Positions 1 to 6,455 of a stretch of DNA of 27,535 nt are shown here, piece by piece. The notes below the pieces were generated by a model that did no database searches, was not told the origin of the DNA, and saw only the letters and a list, made by a program, of their open reading frames with translations. The DNA is taken from IMG/VR virus record IMGVR_UViG_3300033067_001330, positions 1-27,535 of that record, one strand, 5' to 3'. Origin of the DNA: a virus. Taxonomy: Duplodnaviria; Caudoviricetes. Position 1 is the first letter of the stretch; each line of letters opens with the position of its first letter. Both the position numbers and the translations under genes were made by a program.

Positions 1-114
1 ACCGAACAGCTCCGCGCGGAACTCGCCCGCAAGGCCGCCGTGCGCGATCCTACGCTGTGGGCGATGCCGGGAATGCCGGACGAGCAGGCGCATCGCATTG
101 AGGAGATGTGGTGA
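1..114 (+). CDS. 3' end of a hypothetical phage gene (partial)
   Basis: Open frame TEQLRAELARKAAVRDP...IEEMW ends at TGA 112-114 and overlaps the next ATG (TGATG coupling). Confidence 0.6.
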   Translation, partial: TEQLRAELARKAAVRDPTLWAMPGMPDEQAHRIEEMW

Positions 115-563
115 TGGAACTGCCCGTCAAAGCCTTGTCAATACGCCAGCCGTGGGCGTGGGCGATACTCAATGCCGGCAAGGACATTGAGAACCGCGAC
201 TGGCCGACGCGCTTTGTTGGGCCTGTCTGCATCCATGCCGCGAAGGGCATGACGCGCGACGAATACGAGGACTGTCTGGCGACGGCCCATGACATCAGCC
301 TCACGCATCCTTTCCCGCACGGTCTGACGATGCCGGCGTTCGACGAACTGTCTCGCGGCGGCATCGTCGGGACGGCTCGCATCGAAGGCTGCGTCTCCCG
401 CAGCACCAGCCCGTGGTTCTTCGGCAAGTACGGCTTCGTGATCCGCGATGGCAGACCGTGCGAGTTCATCCCGGTCAAGGGCGAACTCGGCTTCTTCGAC
501 TGGCGCAAGAACATCATCACGCCGCAGCCGGCCAAGCAGCACGCGCAAGGGGCGCTGTTCTGA
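114..563 (+). CDS. ASCH (PUA-like) domain protein
   Basis: Motifs KALSIRQPWAWAI, GKDIENRDW, IHAAK, GGIVG and PVKGELGFF are typical of ASCH; ATG at 114 is coupled to the upstream stop. Confidence 0.9.
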   Translation: MELPVKALSIRQPWAWAILNAGKDIENRDWPTRFVGPVCIHAAKGMTRDEYEDCLATAHDISLTHPFPHGLTMPAFDELSRGGIVGTARIEGCVSRSTSPWFFGKYGFVIRDGRPCEFIPVKGELGFFDWRKNIITPQPAKQHAQGALF

Positions 564-970
564 TGCCCCGCGCGACGCAGGAATGGATCGGCAAGACCGA
601 CAACCACCGCGCACCGGGCAAGGTCCGCACTCGCGTGTTCGACCGTGAGAACGGCATCTGCCACCTATGCGGCCAGCCCATCCAGCACAAGCGTTGGGAC
701 CTGGATCACGTCAAGGCACTGATCAACGGCGGCGAAAACCGCGAGAGCAACCTGATGCCGGCGCATCAGAAATGCCACCGGAAAAAGACGCTGGCTGACG
801 TTGCCGAGAAGGTGAAGGTCGCGGCCATCCGAGCCCGCCATATCGGAGCACTGGCCCCGAAGCGCCCCATGCAAGGCCGCCAATTCCCCCGCACCAAGGA
901 GCCTCGCGCTCCAAAGCCAAGACTTCCGCCAGCACGCCTGTTTCGAGCAAAGGACGACTCCCATGCCTGA
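563..970 (+). CDS. HNH endonuclease (small McrA-like, CxxC-HNH)
   Basis: CHLCG...DLDHVKALINGGENRESNLMPAHQKCHRKKT; ATG 563 overlaps the ASCH stop. Confidence 0.88.
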   Translation: MPRATQEWIGKTDNHRAPGKVRTRVFDRENGICHLCGQPIQHKRWDLDHVKALINGGENRESNLMPAHQKCHRKKTLADVAEKVKVAAIRARHIGALAPKRPMQGRQFPRTKEPRAPKPRLPPARLFRAKDDSHA

Positions 971-1727
971 CCACTTCACAGACGAGAATGAAGGCGAGCC
1001 GGTGGCGTGGCGACACCACGGGCCGATGGGCGGCTGGATAACTACTGAGGAAAAGCAGAGTTGGTCCGAACAGCCCCTCTACGCTCATCCAGACCCGGCA
1101 GTAGAGCGGCTCGAACGCGAACTGAACTGTTGTCAGATGCAGCTTACCGATGCTGAAGCCGACCGCGAGCGCCTACAGCGGGAACTGGACGAGGCGCGGG
1201 GCATCGTGCGCAACATCTACTGGATGGCGTGCCGTTATGCCGATGGCCGGAACACCTACGCGCCCGGCATGTATAACCGCGCCATCGCCAAGGCGTACGA
1301 TGCCGGATGGTTGACGTTCGACCATACCGGCAGACGCTATGAGGTCCAGTACGCGCGCGACGGCATGTCGCCGGAGTGGAAAACTGCAGAGGAGCGCGCC
1401 ATCTCGGCCGAGGCTTCTCTTGCGAAGGCGATCGCAGAGCGAGACGAGGCACGGGCGAAAGCCGATGAGAATTGGAAACTGGCCGAATACGAGCGCCATG
1501 ACGCCAACCATTGGCATATCCAGTTCGAGGCAGCGACGAATGCGCTGAAAGACCTGACGGGCGCGTTTTCAATCTACACGGTTGAAGGCGAAGACGGCAT
1601 TCGCCTTTCGACGGGTGGTAAGGTCGTCGCGAACTACAGCGAGCATTCCGAAGGTGGCATCGCGCTTCTGCGGCTCGAAGCCCGGCACCGCGCCGCCCGC
1701 GCCATCCTCGGAGACCAGCCGACATGA
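963..1727 (+). CDS. Mosaic Ead/Eaa-like early phage protein with coiled coils
   Basis: EPVAWR...PLYAHP motif common in lambdoid early accessory proteins, followed by coiled-coil segments; overlaps neighbours in an operon. Confidence 0.7.
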   Translation: MPDHFTDENEGEPVAWRHHGPMGGWITTEEKQSWSEQPLYAHPDPAVERLERELNCCQMQLTDAEADRERLQRELDEARGIVRNIYWMACRYADGRNTYAPGMYNRAIAKAYDAGWLTFDHTGRRYEVQYARDGMSPEWKTAEERAISAEASLAKAIAERDEARAKADENWKLAEYERHDANHWHIQFEAATNALKDLTGAFSIYTVEGEDGIRLSTGGKVVANYSEHSEGGIALLRLEARHRAARAILGDQPT

Positions 1728-1954
1728 AGCTCTCTGACCTCATTGCTGCGTATGGCGACGACAAGGTTCAGTTTCAGAACCTAGACGAGTGCACAGACAC
1801 ACTCGATATGAAGGGCGGCGTTACCAAGGTCAAATTCGGCACCGAACAGCCGATCAGCCTAGACGGGCTCGAAAAGCTTGGCCTCGTGGTCTGGTTCGAC
1901 CGCCAGCGCGTGGTCGACATTGTCGCGGCCGACAAGAAAGGCTCCCAGCCATGA
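1724..1954 (+). CDS. Hypothetical phage protein (76 aa)
   Basis: ATGA overlaps at both ends, GGAG RBS, coding-like codon use. Confidence 0.75.
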   Translation: MKLSDLIAAYGDDKVQFQNLDECTDTLDMKGGVTKVKFGTEQPISLDGLEKLGLVVWFDRQRVVDIVAADKKGSQP

Positions 1955-2277
1955 TCGACGACCGCGCCGTAGAGGCTGCAATCGCCAAGTTTGCCGAATA
2001 CGGCATTGAGTTCGCATCGCCTCGCGATGGCGGCTTGGATGACCTCGAACTAGAGCGGTACAACGCTCTGTCTGACGCCCTCACCGCCGCCGCTCCCTTC
2101 CTGACACCGCAAATACCGGACGGGTGGAAACTCGTGCCGGTGGAGGCGACAAAGGAGATGATGGCCGCATTCGACGGCATGCCGTCATGGACCGAGCCGG
2201 GCGAAGAAGCTCGTGAAGTCTGGCGCGCCATGCTTTCCGCAACTCCCCCGCCACCGCAGGAGCGCACCGATGGCTGA
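1951..2277 (+). CDS. Hypothetical early phage protein with PDGWKLVPVE module
   Basis: ATGA overlap at 1951; IPDGWKLVPVEATKEM...WRAMLSA is a module common in phage early genes. Confidence 0.75.
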   Translation: MIDDRAVEAAIAKFAEYGIEFASPRDGGLDDLELERYNALSDALTAAAPFLTPQIPDGWKLVPVEATKEMMAAFDGMPSWTEPGEEAREVWRAMLSATPPPPQERTDG

Positions 2278-2743
2278 GCCGAGCTGGCTGCGCGAGTTCG
2301 TCCGCGAGAGCAATCGCATCGAGGGCATCCTTCGCGAACCGTTGCATGAGGAAATTGCCGCTACTGATCACATCATCCATTTGCCGGTGATGACGGTCGA
2401 TGACCTGAGCGCGTTCGTGGCCGTCTGCGCACCAGGCCACCGCCTGCGCGACAAGCCGAACCTCAACGTACGCGTCGGCAACCATATAGCGCCGCGCGGC
2501 GGGCCGGCAATCCGGAAGGCTCTGGAAGACCTGCTGGCGAACGCCGAGACCATCGGAGCATATCGCCTCCACGTCGAGTACGAGATGCTTCATCCCTTCA
2601 CGGACGGCAACGGTCGGTCAGGCCGCGCTTTGTGGATGTGGTGGAAGCAATGCCATGCGCCCACCTATGAACGTCGGCAAGCCGAGCGCCTGCTGTTCTT
2701 ACATACGTTCTATTACGAGACGCTTTCGGCAGAGCGGGAATGA
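2270..2743 (+). CDS. Fic domain protein (class II, minimal, 157 aa)
   Basis: Canonical HPFTDGNGRSGR Fic motif; N-terminal SNRIEG matches the (S/T)xxxE(G/N) inhibitory helix; AGGAG RBS. Confidence 0.9.
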   Translation: MAEPSWLREFVRESNRIEGILREPLHEEIAATDHIIHLPVMTVDDLSAFVAVCAPGHRLRDKPNLNVRVGNHIAPRGGPAIRKALEDLLANAETIGAYRLHVEYEMLHPFTDGNGRSGRALWMWWKQCHAPTYERRQAERLLFLHTFYYETLSAERE

Positions 2744-2913
2744 CCAGGCCACTAGCCCTCCCCGAGCGTCAAGTGACGGCCCTGTGTCGCGGAGCCGCGA
2801 AAGCCGGCCATGTTGCCGAAGTCAAGATTGGCAACATGGTTATCCGCCTTGTCCCCAAGACAGATGCACAGCCCGAGCGGCCAATTGAATCGGAAGAGGA
2901 TATCCGGCTGTGA
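2740..2913 (+). CDS. Small protein upstream of integrase, possible excisionase/recombination directionality factor (57 aa, absent from ORF track)
   Basis: MTRPLALPERQVTALCRGAAKAGHVAEVKIGNMVIRLVP...EEDIRL; ATGA overlap with the Fic stop; ends 8 bp before the integrase ATG. Confidence 0.6.
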   Translation: MTRPLALPERQVTALCRGAAKAGHVAEVKIGNMVIRLVPKTDAQPERPIESEEDIRL

Positions 2914-2921
2914 CCGAAGGC

Positions 2922-3401
2922 ATGCCGAGAAAGCTGCCTCTGTTTGTCGTCCGCGAACGCTCGCGCCACGGGCGGGTCATGTTCTTCTTTCGTCGTGGCA
3001 AGGGCAAACGAACGAGATTGCCTGATGAGTATCCGTCAGCCGAGTTCGACACGGCATACCAAGCCGCGCTGGCCGGGAAACCCAAAGTCGTCCGCGCCGC
3101 CTCCCCGTCCGACAGGCTGGAATGGCTGGTTGCCCGATTCCGGGAAAGCGGCAAATGGGCAGGCGTTTCCCCTGCCACGCGGAGGCAGCGCGAATTACTC
3201 TACCGCACGGCAATGGCTAACGGGAATCCTCGCTTCGCCGACATCGAAAAGCGGCACATGCAAAAGGCCGTAGACGAGCGAGCGGCCACCCCGGCGCTCG
3301 CAAAGAACTTCCTGAAGCCATTGAGGAATTTCGTGCGCGCCCCGCACCTTTCATCTCCCGTTCCCCTTGGTGGAGGGGTAGGCTGTGATTCGCGGCGATG
3401 A
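2922..3401 (+). pseudogene. int: Truncated tyrosine integrase (N-terminal arm-binding and part of core-binding domain only)
   Basis: MPRKLPLFVVRERSRHGRVMFFFRRGKGKRTRLP..SAEF..AYQAALAG and SPATRRQR..ATPALAKNFLK resemble the N-terminus of rhizobial phage integrases. No R...HxxR...Y catalytic domain follows, and similarity ends near 3330. Confidence 0.8.
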
Positions 3402-3426
3402 TGCTATCTCCGTTCAGAGCACGCCA

Positions 3427-3549
3427 ATGACCCGCCAAGAACAAGTCACCCTCACCGCAGGAGCCGCGATCATCGTCGCGGTTGCTGTCCTGGGCGGACA
3501 TGAAGATGTGGTGCGTTCCGAACCGCTCTATGAGCATGTCGAGAGATAG
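3427..3549 (+). pseudogene. Probable 5' fragment of a small membrane or secreted protein
   Basis: MTRQEQVTLTAGAAIIVAVAVLGG hydrophobic start, then runs into the antisense of the neighbouring remnant near 3497. Confidence 0.35.
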
Positions 3550-3664
3550 CTCAAGCGCATGACCGCAGTTCTGGCCGGCGCAGTGTGCGATTAACCCGTA
3601 GTGATGGTCGCGGAGATCGCCTAGTGTCTCGATTGCGCCTCTTGTATTTGCCCGTGTCGGTCAT
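3497..3664 (-). pseudogene. Frameshifted, 3'-truncated small Cys-containing protein
   Basis: ATG at 3664 gives MTDTGKYK. A +1 frame then gives IETLGDLRDHHYGLIAHCAGQNCGHALELSLDMLIERFG, resembling small rhizobial prophage proteins; no second Cys pair follows. Confidence 0.5.
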
Positions 3665-3681
3665 GACGCAGAGAGTGTGAC

Positions 3682-3704
3682 TTCTTTGCGGAAAATGCAA
3701 AGAA
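3682..3704. promoter_or_regulatory. Inverted-repeat operator between divergent small genes
   Basis: TTCTTTGC-N7-GCAAAGAA, a perfect 8-bp inverted repeat in an AT-rich spacer. Confidence 0.5.
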
Positions 3705-3736
3705 TGCATAGTGCTCCCGGAATCGTGGAGGGAAAC

Positions 3737-3931
3737 TTGAACGCCGCAAAACAGAAAGGTCCGCGTGAGCGCGCCGCTCGCGCCTTGTGCACGGCCCGCG
3801 GCCTACCGGAGAATACCAAATTCGAAGGCCGGCCGATGTGGGAGAGCTTTTTACCGGAGATCGATATCGTACTGAAGGCTGCGCTATCAATCGAAAACTG
3901 GAGGCGGATTCACGGCGGCCAGGAAATCTGA
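3737..3931 (+). CDS. Hypothetical protein (PRERAARALC...PMWESFL type)
   Basis: GGAGG RBS before TTG at 3737; sequence looks like small rhizobial prophage proteins; start uncertain. Confidence 0.65.
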   Translation: MNAAKQKGPRERAARALCTARGLPENTKFEGRPMWESFLPEIDIVLKAALSIENWRRIHGGQEI

Positions 3932-3940
3932 CACCGGCCA

Positions 3941-3988
3941 GAAACGCAGAAAGGCCGCCGCTCCCCGCTCCAACGGGAAACGACGGCC
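3941..3988 (-). terminator. Rho-independent terminator of the late/lysis operon
   Basis: The minus-strand RNA GGCCGUCGUUUCCCG-UUGGAG-CGGGGAGCGGCGGCC forms a 15-bp stem with G-U pairs, followed by UUUCUGCGUUUC. Confidence 0.85.
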
Positions 3989-4080
3989 AGTCTTGGGGAA
4001 TCCGCGAGCGGTAGGGATAGCCGGTCGCGGCACTCTATTGCGCGGGTGCGGGCCCGCGATCAGCGCGGTATGCGCCGATT

Positions 4081-4599
4081 TCAGGGAAGCGACGGGCGCT
4101 CCTGGTCCATGCGGTCAAGCCGCTTGTCGATGTCGGCGAAACGCTGGTCTATCGCCTTGAGGATCACGTCCTTTTCGGCTCTTGGCGTCAGATCGGCGCG
4201 GATGTCGGCAATCGCCCGCTCCATGCGTGCGCGATCCTCAGTGCCTCTCGCCGCCCTCGCCTCCAGTTCCTCGCGAGGGACCGTTCCGCCTCGTAAGTCC
4301 TTCATGTCCGCCTTGATCTCGGACAGGTTGCCGAGGACCGGGAGATACAGCGCGCCGCCTATGCCCATGAGCACAGAGAACGCCACGCCGGCCGCCGCCC
4401 AAATGACCGGCCACGGCGTCTTCTCGCTGGACCGCAGCTCATTGGACAGAGAGGTCAGGTGGCTGTTGAGACCGGCAAAGCCAGACCGCATTTCCCCTTC
4501 GAGATGGACGAAGCTCGTGCGGAGATTCGTCACTCGCTCATCGAGGGCTGCGTATCTGGCCTGTGCGTCGAAGCTGCCGTTCGTCATCTCATCCGCCAT
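4081..4599 (-). CDS. Coiled-coil single-TM lysis-region protein (XhlA-like or lysis accessory)
   Basis: Coiled coil, TM segment WPVIWAAAGVAFSVLMGIGGALY, then another coiled coil; last gene of the lysis cassette. Confidence 0.7.
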   Translation of the reverse strand: MADEMTNGSFDAQARYAALDERVTNLRTSFVHLEGEMRSGFAGLNSHLTSLSNELRSSEKTPWPVIWAAAGVAFSVLMGIGGALYLPVLGNLSEIKADMKDLRGGTVPREELEARAARGTEDRARMERAIADIRADLTPRAEKDVILKAIDQRFADIDKRLDRMDQERPSLP

Positions 4600-4629
4600 C
4601 GGCTTCGACCTCGGTCATGCGCCGCCGGG

Positions 4630-4848
4630 TTACTTGGCGACCGGCGGTTGGGGCTTCACGAGGCCGGTGACCCCGTCCCGCGTGATGTTGATGCCGAGCT
4701 TGAGCAGGCTTTGCACCAGCACGAGCGCGCCGACGATCTTGACCGTCACGGCAGCGTCGAAGCCGAACACGGTCCAGTCGAACGTGACCAGCACGCCGAT
4801 GATCAGGAAGGCGATGTTGAGGATGTTGTGGAAGAGGTTGGCGTTCAT
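4630..4848 (-). CDS. Putative holin (2 TM, 72 aa)
   Basis: Two hydrophobic segments and a basic/Pro C-terminus, directly downstream of the endolysin; AGGAG RBS before ATG 4848; an in-frame upstream ATG lies at 4914. Confidence 0.65.
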   Translation of the reverse strand: MNANLFHNILNIAFLIIGVLVTFDWTVFGFDAAVTVKIVGALVLVQSLLKLGINITRDGVTGLVKPQPPVAK

Positions 4849-4913
4849 GGCAAAAGGCTCCTGAGGTTGAGGTTCAGGGCCGGGGTCGTCCGGCATATGG
4901 TAGGGGCGCAGCA

Positions 4914-5429
4914 TCAGACCGCTGCCATTTTCAGCGCGGCAGCGCGCACCGACTTGACGCGAGATGCCCAGCCCTTGCCGAAGACCGGCCAGGTGCTCAG
5001 CCCGTGCAAAAAGGCCAGCCGCTTGTCGCAGAGGGCATTGATGACCTGTTGCCGAGGGAGCGCCCGCGCGGCCTTGAGCGTGGCAGGGCCGATCTTGCCG
5101 TCTTGGACCGCGCCGACGATTGTCTGCAGGAAGCGAGCCGCGCGCCCAACTCCGCTGTTCACGGCAAGGTCGAAGACGGCGTAATCGATGCCGTCCGGCA
5201 GTTCAGCGCCGACAACAGCATCCCAATACTGCCGGCGATAGACGACGCCCGCCTGATCGTCGGTGAGTGCCTTCAGGTCCTTTATCGTGCCGGCTGGCTT
5301 CACGTAGCGGCGAAAGGTCGCCAGCGTGACGCCCTTGTTGGTGGCCCCGCCGGGGTCTTTCGGGTTGTTGACGTAGCCGCCCTCAAATCTAAGTACAAGT
5401 TCCAAACTGCGTTTGAAGTTTCGGTCCAT
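4914..5429 (-). CDS. Endolysin, glycoside hydrolase family 108 (DUF847) with peptidoglycan-binding domain
   Basis: MDRNF...EGGYVNNPKDPGGATNKGVT, YRRQYWD, FDLAVNSG, DGKIGPATL, FGKGWASRV; GGAG RBS upstream of ATG 5429. Confidence 0.93.
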   Translation of the reverse strand: MDRNFKRSLELVLRFEGGYVNNPKDPGGATNKGVTLATFRRYVKPAGTIKDLKALTDDQAGVVYRRQYWDAVVGAELPDGIDYAVFDLAVNSGVGRAARFLQTIVGAVQDGKIGPATLKAARALPRQQVINALCDKRLAFLHGLSTWPVFGKGWASRVKSVRAAALKMAAV

Positions 5430-6006
5430 CTCTAGTAACTCCAGTGTTCTGGTACGAGGCAAGGAGCCGGTTATGATTATTGAGACTTGGGGTGCAGTAC
5501 CCGACGTGACTGGATACGAGGTATCCGATCAAGGGCGTGTCAGAACACGAGACCGCCGTGTTCCTTACAAAGACGGCCGTGTAGCCCTATTTAGAGGGCG
5601 TGAATTGTCGCTAATTCGCGGAGCGAACGGGTACATTGCTATAGTTCTACCGCAAGGACGGCGCGCTTTGGTTCATCGCCTCGTGGCAGGAGTGTTTTTG
5701 CCGAAGCCGGAAGGCTGCAACTTCATCAACCACAAGAACGGCGACAAACGAGATAATCGGGCAGAAAACTTGGAATGGGTGACAATGGCCCGGAACAACC
5801 GCCATGCGCGTGAGACTGGTCTCAACCGGCAGCATGGCGAGAATTGCAATCTGACCAACTACGGTGCGCAGCTTGTTGCCGCGTTGAAGCGTGTTCACGA
5901 GCGTTTTCAGTGCTCGAACCGCGAGCTGGCCCTTCTATTCGATATGTCCGAAATGCAAGTCGGCGACATCCTGAAAGGACGGACCCGCGCCCAAGGGTAA
6001 CAATCA
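5383..6006. mobile_element. 624-bp homing-endonuclease insertion carrying a recoded replacement 5' end of the endolysin
   Basis: AT-richer block bounded by the duplicated endolysin N-terminus: original copy at 6053-6007, replacement at 5429-5383; junction in Glu codon 16. Confidence 0.8.
5473..6000 (+). CDS. NUMOD4-HNH homing endonuclease
   Basis: ETWGAVP..GYEVSDQGRVR (NUMOD4), VHRLVAGVF, INHKNGDKRDNRAENLEW (HNH) and a C-terminal HTH; AAGGAG RBS; antisense to the late operon. Confidence 0.92.
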   Translation: MIIETWGAVPDVTGYEVSDQGRVRTRDRRVPYKDGRVALFRGRELSLIRGANGYIAIVLPQGRRALVHRLVAGVFLPKPEGCNFINHKNGDKRDNRAENLEWVTMARNNRHARETGLNRQHGENCNLTNYGAQLVAALKRVHERFQCSNRELALLFDMSEMQVGDILKGRTRAQG

Positions 6007-6053
6007 TCATACTTCCAGACGAGCCTCAGCGAGGCCGCGAAGTTGCGATCCAT
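6007..6053 (-). pseudogene. Stranded original N-terminus of the endolysin
   Basis: ATG GAT CGC AAC TTC GCG GCC TCG CTG AGG CTC GTC TGG AAG TAT GA encodes MDRNFAASLRLVWKY(E), preceded by a GAGG RBS; the frame runs on to a stop at 5907. Confidence 0.82.
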
Positions 6054-6062
6054 GGCAAGCCT

Positions 6063-6455
6063 CTAGAGTTTCGAGCCGGCTTCAAAAAAGCCGTCGATCT
6101 GCTCAGCCGTGAAGCCGAGGGCTGCAAAACCGGCCTGCATGGCCGGCTCGTCACGCTTGAATGAGCCGCTTTCGTTGAATGCGATCTGCAGAAGCTTCGG
6201 CTGCGCCGCCACCCACACGGCGACCTTCGACGTGAGACCGGAAAGCTCGAGCTGGATGAAGAATTGCCGTCGCGTCAGTGCATCCGGCCTGGCTGAATTT
6301 TCCTGCGGCAGATCGATTTCAGGCGCCGCAAAGTCCCTACCGTCATAGCTCCACCCGACGCTCACATCATCGGACGCTTCGATCTCATCGTCGCGCAATT
6401 CGTCCACGACGATGACGTTCACGACCTTGCCGTTTTCAATGATCGCTGCGCGCAT
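6063..6455 (-). CDS. Tail-fibre-associated/assembly protein
   Basis: MRAAIIENGKVVNVIVV..VGWSYDG.F..P and LTRRQF...LGFTAEQIDGFF are motifs typical of genes following tail fibres. Confidence 0.7.
   Translation of the reverse strand: MRAAIIENGKVVNVIVVDELRDDEIEASDDVSVGWSYDGRDFAAPEIDLPQENSARPDALTRRQFFIQLELSGLTSKVAVWVAAQPKLLQIAFNESGSFKRDEPAMQAGFAALGFTAEQIDGFFEAGSKL

Noticed and set aside
3363-3395. Minus-strand CCCCTCCACCA as a tRNA 3' end / att core
   Set aside because: No T-arm (GTTCGA) precedes it and no second copy is present; the att site cannot be located from this window.
5383-6006. Group I intron or intein in the endolysin
   Set aside because: The insert is almost fully accounted for by the 528-bp antisense HNH ORF, the duplicated N-terminus and a 43-bp spacer. 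No P/Q/R/S core is visible, and the sense frame stops at 5907, which excludes an intein.
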